Assembly: GCA_045533905.1 (NCBI GenBank)
Contig: JAZSIR010000012.1
Location: 1 to 64,000, forward strand
From: Clostridia bacterium
Lineage (GTDB): Bacteria; Bacillota; Clostridia; UMGS1883; UMGS1540
Direction of reading: 5' to 3'
DNA length: 64,000 nucleotides
Below are positions 39,081-48,845 of the stretch, piece after piece (the first letter of the stretch is position 1; each line of letters opens with the position of its first letter). The notes beneath the pieces are model-generated. The model was not told the DNA's origin. It searched no databases and was given only the letters and a program-made list of their open reading frames with translations. A program made the position numbers and the translations under genes.

Positions 39081-39843
39081 GAGATACGGAAAGTCTGAAA
39101 TCATTACGAAGGCAAACAGCACCTGCAAAAAGGTGGAAATGGATATGCTTCGCCTCTCGGATGGCGATAAAAAGGCATACAGAGAAGAAAATAAAGAATA
39201 TGCACTCATTCTCCTTGGCGGTAAGTGCACCGTACGCGGCGAAGGCTTTGCTTTTGAAAACGAAGGCGTAAGAAAAGACGTATTTGATGGCGCTGCCACT
39301 TGCATTTATATTCCTGCAAACACGCCCTTCACGGTAGAAGGTGTAGGGGAAGTGCAGATTGCCGTTTGTAAAGCACCGTCCACAAAAGTATCGAAGCCCG
39401 CTATCGTTCGCCCTGAGGATGTTGTTATCAAGAACCTCGGCAAACCGGGATGGGAAAGAGAAGCACACTTTATTCTCGACGAGAGAGTAGATTCGCATAT
39501 GTTCTACATTGGCGAAGCCTTTGTAAAAGGCGGCCAGTGGGCAAGCTATCCGCCGCACAAGCATGATGACGACAATATGCCCACAGAAGCAGAAACAGAA
39601 GAAATCTATTACTATGAATTTAAGAAGCCGCAGGGCTTCGGCATTCAGAAGGTATATACCATGGAAGGGGATATTGATGAGACCTACACCGTAAAGAGTG
39701 GCGATTTCATCGAAATTCCGAGAGGCTACCATCCGTTCCACACCGCCCCCGGATATGATAACTACTATCTCTGGATTATGGCAGGCGAGGACAGAGGTTT
39801 CTATATGACCACAGATGAGGATCACAAATGGCTGAACAAGTAA
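39055..39843 (+). CDS. iolB: 5-deoxy-glucuronate isomerase-like cupin (IolB family)
   Basis: WASYPPHKHD, EEIYYY, IPRGYHP, YYLWIMAG. Confidence 0.85.
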   Translation: MNLKKSWNKRYGKSEIITKANSTCKKVEMDMLRLSDGDKKAYREENKEYALILLGGKCTVRGEGFAFENEGVRKDVFDGAATCIYIPANTPFTVEGVGEVQIAVCKAPSTKVSKPAIVRPEDVVIKNLGKPGWEREAHFILDERVDSHMFYIGEAFVKGGQWASYPPHKHDDDNMPTEAETEEIYYYEFKKPQGFGIQKVYTMEGDIDETYTVKSGDFIEIPRGYHPFHTAPGYDNYYLWIMAGEDRGFYMTTDEDHKWLNK

Positions 39844-40682
39844 CAATCAAGAATAAAAATATTTCTGTCACCATCGCCGCGCGCGGCGCAGAACTTCAAA
39901 ACATTACGAAAAACGGCGTGGAATATCTTTGGGAGGGCGACCCGGCCGTTTGGGCCAGTCGCGCACCCATTCTGTTCCCGATTTGCGGCGGTCTGAAAGA
40001 AGATAGTTATATTCTGGACGGCGGGAAATACTCCATCAAAAAGCATGGGTATGCACGGTATGAAACCTTTGAGGTGGAAAGTGCAGAGGAGGAAAAAGTC
40101 GTATTTCTTCTGCGTTCTGACGAGAAAAGTATGGCACAGTTCCCGTTTGCCTATGAGTTTCGTGTAATCTATACACTTACGGAAAACGGCGTAGATATCG
40201 AATATGCCGTGAAAAACAACTCGGAAAAAGAAATGTATTTTTCCGTGGGCGCTCACGAAGGCTTTGCTTGCCCCGAAGGCATTGAAGAATACAGTATCAT
40301 TTTCGAAAAGGAAGAGGAACTCGACAGTACAATTTTAGACGGCAACTTCCTGACGTATGAAACAATAAATGTGGGCAAAAACACGGTGGAACTGCCGCTG
40401 AAAACAGAATATTTCCTGACGGATGCGCTCGTCTTCTTAAACCTTCGCTCGCGGAGAGCTTCGCTACTCCACCGCGAGAGCGGCAGAAAGCTTACGGTTG
40501 ACTTTGAGGGGTTTGATACATTTTTGCTTTGGACATTCCCGAATGCCAAGTATATTTGTCTCGAGCCTTGGGCGGGTATGCCCGATTTTGTAGACAGCGA
40601 TATGGACATCACGCATAAAAAAGGTATTATTGCGCTTCCTTCCGGAAGCGAAACAGTCAGAAAACACAGCATCATTCTTTGA
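39828..40682 (+). CDS. Aldose 1-epimerase family protein (LacX-like mutarotase)
   Basis: EYLWEGDP..W..RAPILFP, HGYAR, GAH, ICLEPW. Confidence 0.9.
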   Translation: MAEQVTIKNKNISVTIAARGAELQNITKNGVEYLWEGDPAVWASRAPILFPICGGLKEDSYILDGGKYSIKKHGYARYETFEVESAEEEKVVFLLRSDEKSMAQFPFAYEFRVIYTLTENGVDIEYAVKNNSEKEMYFSVGAHEGFACPEGIEEYSIIFEKEEELDSTILDGNFLTYETINVGKNTVELPLKTEYFLTDALVFLNLRSRRASLLHRESGRKLTVDFEGFDTFLLWTFPNAKYICLEPWAGMPDFVDSDMDITHKKGIIALPSGSETVRKHSIIL

Positions 40683-40717
40683 TGCTGTGTTCATTATCTT
40701 TAGAAAGAGGAATAGGT

Positions 40718-42190
40718 ATGCAGTATTTTCTCGGAATTGATTTTGGCGGCGGTGCATCCAAGGCCACGCTTTTAAGCGAAGCGGGCGAAATCTGTGCAAC
40801 TGCTACTTACGAATATCCCACGCAGTACCCTTGCCCCGGGTATGCCGAGCAAAATCCGGAGGACTGGGTGGATGCCACTGTACAGAATGTGCGCACCGTT
40901 TTGCAAAAAAGCGGCGTGGCGCCGAAAGATATTGCGGCAGTGGCACTCGATGCCGCAACCCACACGGCTGTAATTATGGACGAGGACTTCCGCGTAATTC
41001 GCCCTGCCATTTATTGGACGGATACGAGAAGCACCGAAGAAGTGCAGTTTTTGAAAGAGGCGTATGGTACGTTCATTGAAGAGGCAGTTCTTCACAAGGC
41101 AGACACCATCTGGAGCCTGCCGGAGCTTTTGTGGATTAAGAATCACGAGCCGGAGAACTGGGCAAAGGTGCGAAAAATCCTCTTTGCCAAGGACTATGTG
41201 CGTCATTTTATGACGGGTGACTATGTAACGGATTACATTGAAGCCGAAGGCTCTATGCTCTTTGACGTACGCACGATGGCGTGGAGCGAAACACTTTGCG
41301 GTATTTTAGGTGTTTCGACAGAGATGATGCCGAAAATCGTAAAGCCGACGGATATCGTAGGAAAAATCACAAAAGAGGCGGCCGAAGTGACGGGTCTTTT
41401 AGAGGGCACCCCTGTTTTGTGCGGTACTACCGACACGGCTATGGAAGTTTTCGCGGCCGGCGCTGTTTCAAAAGGGCAGATGACGATAAAACTCGCAACA
41501 GCCGGCAGAATCTGCGTGATTACTGATAAACCATACCCCGATACAAATCTTATCAACTACTCGCATGTGGTGGATGGACTATTCTACCCCGGAACGGCCA
41601 CAAAATCGTGTGCGGCATCGTATAGATGGTTTCGCGACACGTTCGGTGAAGAGTACAAGGAACTTGATGCGCAGGCAGAAAGTGTGCCGGTTGGTGCAGA
41701 AGGCCTCGTGTTCCATCCGTATTTAAACGGAGAACTTACCCCGTATGCAAACCCGAAGCTCTGTGCCGATTTTGTAGGCGTTCGTGCAAATCATACGAAA
41801 GCACACTTTGTGCGTGCGGTGCTCGAGGGCGTTGCCATGAGCATGCTCGATTGCAAGGAGGCGCTTGATGCCCTCTCTATCGAAAACGACGGCGTGGCCA
41901 CCATTATCGGCGGCGGTGGCAAAAGCCCCCTGTGGCGCCAGATGATAGCCGACGCGCTCGGGATTAAGCTTTTGGAGATGAAGCATGCCGATTCTTCTTT
42001 CGGCAGCGCCATGCTCGCAGGGATTGCCATAGGTGCCTTCGAAAGCGCAGAAGCCGCGGTAAAGCTTTGCAACAGCGTGGTTTCTGAAACGGTTCCAAGC
42101 GCAGAAAACACAGAAAAATATAAAAAACTGTTTCAAAAATATAAAGCGGTTCAAAAAGCACTTGCGCCGATTTATAACGGAGAATGGTAA
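40718..42190 (+). CDS. FGGY family carbohydrate kinase (xylulokinase-like)
   Basis: LGIDFG, EQNPEDW, PAIYWTDTR, PYLNGE, RAVLEG, GGGGKSPLW. Confidence 0.9.
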   Translation: MQYFLGIDFGGGASKATLLSEAGEICATATYEYPTQYPCPGYAEQNPEDWVDATVQNVRTVLQKSGVAPKDIAAVALDAATHTAVIMDEDFRVIRPAIYWTDTRSTEEVQFLKEAYGTFIEEAVLHKADTIWSLPELLWIKNHEPENWAKVRKILFAKDYVRHFMTGDYVTDYIEAEGSMLFDVRTMAWSETLCGILGVSTEMMPKIVKPTDIVGKITKEAAEVTGLLEGTPVLCGTTDTAMEVFAAGAVSKGQMTIKLATAGRICVITDKPYPDTNLINYSHVVDGLFYPGTATKSCAASYRWFRDTFGEEYKELDAQAESVPVGAEGLVFHPYLNGELTPYANPKLCADFVGVRANHTKAHFVRAVLEGVAMSMLDCKEALDALSIENDGVATIIGGGGKSPLWRQMIADALGIKLLEMKHADSSFGSAMLAGIAIGAFESAEAAVKLCNSVVSETVPSAENTEKYKKLFQKYKAVQKALAPIYNGEW

Positions 42191-42192
42191 GC

Positions 42193-43557
42193 ATGAAAGT
42201 TTTAGTATGTGTGAAAATTGTTCGCGGCGAAATCAATCCGTTCGATGCTTCGGCGCTCGAGTGTGCGCTTTCTCTTTCGAACGATGTCACGGTCGTTTCT
42301 ATGGGGCCGGAAAGCACAAAAAATGCACTGCTTCCGCTAACGCGCCTCGGCGCTCGTGTGAAGCTTATAAGCGACGCGGTTTTTGCAGGCTCCGATACAC
42401 TTGCCACATCGTATATTCTTTCAGAAGCCATACGGAAAATGCCGTTTGATTTAATCTTGTGCGGCAGACAAAGCGTGGACGGCGATACCGCGCAGGTTGG
42501 CCCCATGCTTTCCCAAATGCTCGGCGTGCCGCTGATCACAAACGCTATGGAAGTGAATGCAGAAAATGGCATGGTGGCGGCAAACACCAGATTTTCCGAA
42601 GAACGTGCACCGCTTCCGGCGGTGGTTACCCTTGAGAAAGGGTATGTGCTGCGCTTCCCAAGTCTCTTTTCCAAGATGGGAGAGATAGAAACGCTTACGA
42701 ATGCAGACCTTGCGTGCGACGAAAAAAGGTGTGGACTGCAAGGCTCGCCCACGCGCGTTTTAAAAACGTATGAAAACGAGCGCGGAAGGCGAAACTGCAG
42801 ATTTATTTCTGCTGATGACCTTTTTTCCGTCATCGAAGAAGCAAGAAAAAAAGAGATGACAGAGGAAACGGAAGAGGAAACAAGCGAAAAATTGCCCTTT
42901 GTTTGGGCAATAGGGGAGGCGGCTGCAGAAAAAGCTGGAGAGATTGCCGAAAAGGTGCGCCTCGTGCCGGAAATGGACCCGCGCGAAATTGCCAATATGG
43001 CTATTGCAGAAAAACCGGATGCAATTATATGGAATGCTGATTTTTGGGGCAGAAAAAATGCCCCGATTGCGGCGGCAATGCTTAAAACGGGGCTCTGTGC
43101 CGATTGCACAAAGCTTGCAGTGGAAGGAAACGAGCTCATTATGTACAGGCCTGCAGGCGGTGGAAACATTTATGCAAAAATCAAATGCCTTACGCGGCCT
43201 AAAATGGCCACAGTACGTACAAAGAGTCAAAGCGCCGAGGTGATTGTGGCAGGCGGCAAGGGCATTTTGGGGCAAGCGGAAAAACTCTGCGCGCTTGCAG
43301 AAAAGCTTTCTGCTGAAGTGGCGGCTTCACGCGGGCTTGTGGATACGGGGCAGATGCCGTATGATGCGCAGGTGGGGCTGACGGGGAAAATGGTTTCACC
43401 TAAAGTTTATGTGGCCATCGGCATTTCGGGCGCGGCACAGCACGTGTGTGCGATAGAAGGTGCTGAAACCGTCATCGCCATAAACCCGGACAAAGATGCG
43501 AAAATTTTTGATTATGCCGATTACGGCATCGTGGCAAATTTTGAAGAAATTGTATAG
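42193..43557 (+). CDS. Fused electron transfer flavoprotein beta/alpha
   Basis: Beta: VCVK, NPFD, GSDT, DGDTAQVG, GSPTRV; alpha: GLCADCT, ASRGLVD, QVGLTG, GISGAAQH. Confidence 0.88.
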   Translation: MKVLVCVKIVRGEINPFDASALECALSLSNDVTVVSMGPESTKNALLPLTRLGARVKLISDAVFAGSDTLATSYILSEAIRKMPFDLILCGRQSVDGDTAQVGPMLSQMLGVPLITNAMEVNAENGMVAANTRFSEERAPLPAVVTLEKGYVLRFPSLFSKMGEIETLTNADLACDEKRCGLQGSPTRVLKTYENERGRRNCRFISADDLFSVIEEARKKEMTEETEEETSEKLPFVWAIGEAAAEKAGEIAEKVRLVPEMDPREIANMAIAEKPDAIIWNADFWGRKNAPIAAAMLKTGLCADCTKLAVEGNELIMYRPAGGGNIYAKIKCLTRPKMATVRTKSQSAEVIVAGGKGILGQAEKLCALAEKLSAEVAASRGLVDTGQMPYDAQVGLTGKMVSPKVYVAIGISGAAQHVCAIEGAETVIAINPDKDAKIFDYADYGIVANFEEIV

Positions 43558-43558
43558 C

Positions 43559-43589
43559 AAAAAGCGGCAACCGAAAGGTTGCCGCTTTT
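43559..43589. terminator. Bidirectional terminator
   Basis: AAAAAGCGGCAACC-GAAA-GGTTGCCGCTTTT. Confidence 0.9.
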
Positions 43590-43602
43590 GGTATTTCAAA
43601 AA

Positions 43603-44205
43603 TTATGCTGCGATAAAGCCGGAGCAAAGAAGCATGGCTTCTTCTGTAGTCAGTTCTGCTTTAGGATCAAAGTTTCCGTCCTTTAAGGGCAGAATGTCGA
43701 GGGAATATATGTATGCCGCGCTTTCCTTGGCCCATTCAGAAACAGATGCCGCATCGGGCACTGCCGTGAAGGCTGTCTTTGCGGCTTCGAGCTCAGTGGC
43801 TAAAGCCGGATTTTGGCGAATGCGTGCGCGGGCAAGCATAGTAGCAGCCTCCTCGCGTGTGATAGCACGGCGCGGTGCAAACGAGGTTTCAGAAACACCA
43901 TTTACAACGCCGATTCCGTAGAGAAGAAGAACATAAATATCTTCAGGAGCGGAACCGAGATCCGTGAAGACATTGTTTGCAGAAAGCTGCGGGAAAACGC
44001 CGCTGTTAATGTTTCGGAATGCTTCAAAGGTAAGCATTGCGAAAGCCGCACGGGAAATCGGTGCATCTTTTTCAAAGGTCATGCCGGAAGTCGCATACAG
44101 AGAAGAAAAACAAGGTGCGATTTCCGCTGCGGGAGCCGCTTCCACGGCAAGGGAAGGGATCAGTAAAAGTGCTGCGAGGGTAAGTGCCAAAAGTTTCGTT
44201 TTCAT
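43603..44205 (-). CDS. S-layer homology (SLH) domain protein
   Basis: Signal peptide; FTDL, GVVNG..SFAP..ITREEAA, FDPK..LT.EEA. Confidence 0.85.
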   Translation of the reverse strand: MKTKLLALTLAALLLIPSLAVEAAPAAEIAPCFSSLYATSGMTFEKDAPISRAAFAMLTFEAFRNINSGVFPQLSANNVFTDLGSAPEDIYVLLLYGIGVVNGVSETSFAPRRAITREEAATMLARARIRQNPALATELEAAKTAFTAVPDAASVSEWAKESAAYIYSLDILPLKDGNFDPKAELTTEEAMLLCSGFIAA

Positions 44206-44217
44206 AAGTACCTCCGT

Positions 44218-45339
44218 TTATTTTAGATTTAATTCGCCTAAATTGGCGGCTTTTAAGTACGCGTTGATAAATCCGTCAATATCGCCGTCCATAACTGCGC
44301 CGATATTGCCCATTTCGAAGTTTGTGCGATGGTCTTTTGCCATGCTGTACGGGTGGAAAACGTAGGAGCGAATCTGGCTGCCCCAGGCGATTTCCTTCTG
44401 CACGCCCTTGATATCCTCGATTTTTTCTTTTTGCTCACGCTCTGCGATTTCAAGGAGCTTTGATTTCAGCATTTTCATAGCCGTGTCGCGGTTTTGGTGC
44501 TGCGAACGCTCGTTCTGGCAGGCAACTACAATGCCGGTCGGGATATGCGTGATGCGGATGGCAGAGTCGGTTTTGTTTACGTGCTGACCGCCTGCACCGC
44601 TGGAACGGTAGGTGTCTACGCGGATATCGTCAGGATTAATCTGAATGTCGATGTCATCATCAATTTCCGGCATAACTTCAAGTGAGGCAAACGAGGTATG
44701 GCGTCTTCCGGAAGCGTCGAAGGGGGAGATGCGAACGAGACGATGTACACCTTTTTCACATTTCAAATACCCGTATGCGTTTAAACCTTCAATCAAGATG
44801 GTGGCGCTTTTTACACCTGCTTCGTCCCCGGCGAGAAAGTCCAGAACGCTAACGTTGTAGCCGCGGCGTTCTGCAAAGCGCTGGTACATACGAAGAAGCA
44901 TTTCAGCCCAGTCCTGCGCTTCTGTGCCGCCGGCGCCTGCATGCAGCGTGATGATGGCATTGTTTTTGTCATACGGGCCGCTTAAAAGTGCATCGAGACG
45001 CATGGTGTCAAGCTTTTCACGGAGCGCAGCATAGGAACTGCTGATTTCGTCGAGCAGGGAATCATCTCCTTCGCCGATTGCAAGTTCCACGAGGGTAAAA
45101 GCATCTTCCCAGTCGGATTTCAAGGCTTCAAACTTACCGATTTTTGTGCGAAGCCCTTTGATTTTCTGTAAAATCTTTTGCGAAGCCTCCATATCATCAT
45201 AAAAGCCGGGCTGGGCGGACTGTGCCTCCAGTTCCTCCGCCTTTTCGCGGTCGCGCTCGATGCCGAGTGCTTCATAAAGGTCTGTAACCTCGTCTTCCAT
45301 TGCGGCGAGATCCAGTCTGTACTGTTCATATTCTATCAT
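44218..45339 (-). CDS. prfB: Peptide chain release factor 2 (single continuous ORF)
   Basis: SPF specificity motif, GAGGQ, WGSQIRSY; AAAGGAGG RBS; follows secA. Confidence 0.96.
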   Translation of the reverse strand: MIEYEQYRLDLAAMEDEVTDLYEALGIERDREKAEELEAQSAQPGFYDDMEASQKILQKIKGLRTKIGKFEALKSDWEDAFTLVELAIGEGDDSLLDEISSSYAALREKLDTMRLDALLSGPYDKNNAIITLHAGAGGTEAQDWAEMLLRMYQRFAERRGYNVSVLDFLAGDEAGVKSATILIEGLNAYGYLKCEKGVHRLVRISPFDASGRRHTSFASLEVMPEIDDDIDIQINPDDIRVDTYRSSGAGGQHVNKTDSAIRITHIPTGIVVACQNERSQHQNRDTAMKMLKSKLLEIAEREQKEKIEDIKGVQKEIAWGSQIRSYVFHPYSMAKDHRTNFEMGNIGAVMDGDIDGFINAYLKAANLGELNLK

Positions 45340-45352
45340 GCAAAAGCCTCCT

Positions 45353-48067
45353 TTACTGTCCGCAACATTTTTTATATTTTTTGCCGCTACCGCACGGACA
45401 AGGATCATTACGTCCGATTTTTGTTTCTTTTCGAACGGTGCGAGAGCCGGGTTCCGCACTGCCGTGCGAGGGCGCGACAGGTGTGGCGGCTTCTTTCCGC
45501 TCAATTGGTTTCGTTAGATTTGCATGCAATACAAATTTAACGGTGTCTTCACGGATGTTTTGCACCATCTCTTCGAACATATCAAAGCCAATAGTTTTAT
45601 ATTCCACAATCGGGTCATGCTGTCCGTAGGTACGAAGGGAAACACCCTGGCGAAGCTGGTCCATATCGTCAATATGCGCCATCCAGCGTGTATCTACAGC
45701 ACGGAGAAGAACCACGCGTTCCAGTTCCCGCATCATTTTTTCACCGATACTCTCTTCCTTTGCTTTGTACAGCGAGCGGGCAAGCGTCAGCAAGGCGTCA
45801 TGTAACTCTTTCCGTTCCATCGTCTTTTTTTGTTCATCCGTAAAGGAAATGGGGGCAAAGATAGAACCGTAAAATTCTGTAAGCCCTGCCCAGTTCCATT
45901 CGTCCGGATCGACGGCATTGGAAATATATACATCCATCATATTGTCCACGATGGTTTCAAGCATATGCAGAATTGTATCGTGCACATCGCAACCGCTTAG
46001 CACATCCTGGCGCTGCGCATAAATCTTTTCACGCTGGGTGTTCATAACATCGTCGTACTGCAGCACCGTGCGGCGAATCTGGAAGTTATTGCCTTCCACT
46101 TTCCGCTGTGCGCTTTCGATAGCCTTCGAAAGCATATTGTGCTCAATCGGTTCATCATCGCGAAGGCCAAGCGCTTCTACAACGCCCATAATGCGGTCAG
46201 AACCGAATCTTCGCATAAGATCATCTTCCAGAGAAATATAGAAGCAGGAAGTGCCGGGGTCACCCTGGCGGCCGCTTCGGCCGCGGAGCTGATTGTCAAT
46301 ACGGCGCGATTCGTGGCGTTCCGTGCCAAGAATGTAAAGTCCGCCAAGCGAAACTACTTCTTCATGCTCTACATCTACAACTGCCTTGTGTTTATCGTAA
46401 AGCTCTTTGTAAATGCGGCGTGCTTCTAAAATTTCGGCATCGTCCGTTTCCGCAAAGCCTGTGGCTTCGTTTATAAGACGCTCCGGAATTTCCATCTTTG
46501 CCATATCGTTTTTGGCGAGATATTCAGCGTTACCGCCAAGCGTGATATCCGTGCCGCGCCCGGCCATATTCGTAGCGATTGTAACAGCGCCTTTTTTGCC
46601 GGCCTGCGCAATAATCTGCGCTTCGCGTGTGTGATACTTGGCATTGAGAACTTCGTGCCGGATGCCACGTCTTTTGAGCATACCGCTTATGATTTCAGAG
46701 TTTTCAATCGTAATGGTACCGACCAAAATCGGCTGGCCTGTTTTGTGCACCTTTTCAATCTCATTTACAACGGCTTCGAATTTTGCCTTTTCATTTTTGT
46801 AAACGCGGTCGGGAAGGTCCTCTCTTGCAAGCGTCCGGTTCGTGGGGATTTCAACAACATCAAGCTTATAGATGGCCTGGAATTCCGTTTCTTCCGTTTT
46901 GGCGGTACCGGTCATACCGGAAAGCTTTTTATAAAGACGGAAATAATTCTGGAAGGTGATGGTGGCAAGCGTTTTGTTTTCACGCTCAACTTTTACGCCT
47001 TCCTTCGCTTCAATGGCTTGATGGAGCCCGTCACTGTAGCGGCGGCCTACCATAATACGCCCGGTAAATTCGTCTACAATCAAAACCTCGCCGTTTTTCA
47101 CCACATATTCCTTATCGCGGAACATCGTGCCGTGTGCACGAAGTGCCTGATTGATATGGTGCGAAATCGTCATATTATCGGGGTCGGCGAGATTTTCAAG
47201 CCCAAAAAACTGCTCTGCACGTTTTGTGCCGCGTGCAGTAAGCGTGGCGGTGCGTGCCTTTTCGTCTACAATGTAATCGGCGTTCGGGTCTTCTTCCAAA
47301 GACTTTGTATCCGTTTCCGTAATGCGCGTGCAATGGAGTCCGCGAACAAAGGCGTTGGCGCGCTGGTAAAGGTCGGTTGATTTATCACCGGCGCCACTTA
47401 TAATAAGCGGGGTACGCGCTTCGTCAACTAAAATGGAGTCGACTTCGTCCACAATCGCGAAGGCGTGGCCGCGCTGTACCATCTGCTCTTTATAAAGCAC
47501 CATATTATCACGAAGGTAATCAAAGCCCATTTCGTTGTTTGTGCCGTATGTGATATCCGCAGCGTAAGAAGCTTTCTTATCCGACACTTCCATCTGCGGT
47601 ACCACGAGGCCGACGGAAAGACCTAAAAAGCGATAAATTTTTCCCATCCATTCGCTATCGCGCTTGGCGAGATAATCGTTTACCGTAACTACGTGCACGC
47701 CTTCTCCTGTAAGGGCATTAAGATAGGCGGGGAGAGTAGCCACAAGCGTTTTGCCTTCGCCGGTTCGCATTTCTGCAATACGCCCTTGATGGAGAATGAT
47801 GCCGCCGATAATCTGCACGGGGAAGTGGCGCATCCCGAGCACGCGGTCCGCCGCTTCGCGCACGGTGGCAAATGCCTCCGGAAGAATGTCATCTGTGGTT
47901 TCACCACCGGAAAGTCGGCTTTTGAATTCGTTGGTTTTGCCGGCAAGTGCTTCATCGGAAAGCGCACGGTATTCCGTTTCCAGTGCGAGCACTTTATCTA
48001 CAAGGGGCATAATGCGCTTGATTTCTCTCGCACTGTAGTCCCCGAAAAGTTTCTGCAAAAGACCCAA
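45353..48067 (-). CDS. secA: Preprotein translocase subunit SecA
   Basis: [36 protein letters not shown]. Confidence 0.98.
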   Translation of the reverse strand: MGLLQKLFGDYSAREIKRIMPLVDKVLALETEYRALSDEALAGKTNEFKSRLSGGETTDDILPEAFATVREAADRVLGMRHFPVQIIGGIILHQGRIAEMRTGEGKTLVATLPAYLNALTGEGVHVVTVNDYLAKRDSEWMGKIYRFLGLSVGLVVPQMEVSDKKASYAADITYGTNNEMGFDYLRDNMVLYKEQMVQRGHAFAIVDEVDSILVDEARTPLIISGAGDKSTDLYQRANAFVRGLHCTRITETDTKSLEEDPNADYIVDEKARTATLTARGTKRAEQFFGLENLADPDNMTISHHINQALRAHGTMFRDKEYVVKNGEVLIVDEFTGRIMVGRRYSDGLHQAIEAKEGVKVERENKTLATITFQNYFRLYKKLSGMTGTAKTEETEFQAIYKLDVVEIPTNRTLAREDLPDRVYKNEKAKFEAVVNEIEKVHKTGQPILVGTITIENSEIISGMLKRRGIRHEVLNAKYHTREAQIIAQAGKKGAVTIATNMAGRGTDITLGGNAEYLAKNDMAKMEIPERLINEATGFAETDDAEILEARRIYKELYDKHKAVVDVEHEEVVSLGGLYILGTERHESRRIDNQLRGRSGRQGDPGTSCFYISLEDDLMRRFGSDRIMGVVEALGLRDDEPIEHNMLSKAIESAQRKVEGNNFQIRRTVLQYDDVMNTQREKIYAQRQDVLSGCDVHDTILHMLETIVDNMMDVYISNAVDPDEWNWAGLTEFYGSIFAPISFTDEQKKTMERKELHDALLTLARSLYKAKEESIGEKMMRELERVVLLRAVDTRWMAHIDDMDQLRQGVSLRTYGQHDPIVEYKTIGFDMFEEMVQNIREDTVKFVLHANLTKPIERKEAATPVAPSHGSAEPGSRTVRKETKIGRNDPCPCGSGKKYKKCCGQ

Positions 48068-48155
48068 GAGTATCCATCCCTTTCAAAAAGTTTTCCAGAT
48101 AATACTTTATTATAGCATAAAAGGCCGCATAATACAAGTTCTTTTTTGCTATAAC

Positions 48156-48188
48156 AAAAAGAAATCCACGGGGGCGCGGATTTCTTTT
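48156..48188 (-). terminator. Rho-independent terminator
   Basis: AAAAGAAATCC..GGATTTCTTTT. Confidence 0.65.
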
Positions 48189-48193
48189 GTACT

Positions 48194-48664
48194 TTAAAAT
48201 TCCAGTTCTTTTTCCATAAGTGCTACATATTCTTCGGCGTTTTTGCGATTCGCCTCAATTTCAGCTTCCGTCATTTCGCGGCGGACCTTTCCGGGGCTGC
48301 CCATAACGAGGCTACCGTCAGGAATTTCCGTGCCGCCTGTAACGAGCGCGCCGGCGGCAATGATGCAGTTTTTTCCGATTTTTGCGCCGTCTAAAACGAT
48401 GGCACCCATACCGATAAGGGAATTGTCGCCAATTGTGCAGCTGTGTAAAATGGCACCGTGGCCTACGGTTACGCCGCGCCCGATAGAAAGCGGCATGCCT
48501 TCCGAAACATGCAGAACGCTGCATTCCTGCACATTCGAGTCATCCCCGATGGTGATGGGGGCCATATCGCCGCGCAGTACGGCATTATACCAAATTGAAA
48601 CGTGGTTTCCGAGCGTTACATCGCCGGTAACGACCGCGCCCTGTGCAATAAAAAGTGTACTCAT
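48194..48664 (-). CDS. Gamma carbonic anhydrase family protein
   Basis: VLRGD, SNVQ, TVGHGAILHSC, hexapeptide repeats. Confidence 0.92.
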   Translation of the reverse strand: MSTLFIAQGAVVTGDVTLGNHVSIWYNAVLRGDMAPITIGDDSNVQECSVLHVSEGMPLSIGRGVTVGHGAILHSCTIGDNSLIGMGAIVLDGAKIGKNCIIAAGALVTGGTEIPDGSLVMGSPGKVRREMTEAEIEANRKNAEEYVALMEKELEF

Positions 48665-48784
48665 TTTTTTGTTCCTTTCCGTGTGTGGTTTGCAAAGCGG
48701 AAAAGGGAAGAAATGTATGAATTTTTCCCTTTCTGCGAGGCTATAAATATTATTCCATTTTTTCCTGCATTTGTCAACAAAAAC

Positions 48785-48813
48785 TTGACAAAAATGAAAC
48801 TTTCCGCTATGAT
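48785..48813 (+). promoter_or_regulatory. Sigma-A promoter
   Basis: TTGACA-N17-TATGAT. Confidence 0.7.
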
Positions 48814-48845
48814 AAAAAGGAATGATTATGTTTAGGAGTCCCTAT

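Noticed and set aside
39055-39843. myo-inositol catabolism inferred from iolB
   Set aside because: No iolG, iolE, iolD or iolA in the operon, and the PfkB kinase looks YihV-like rather than IolC-like.
45340-45504. 55-aa N-terminal extension of RF2 in the ORF track
   Set aside because: It overlaps the secA 3' end; the strong AAAGGAGG RBS supports ATG 45339.
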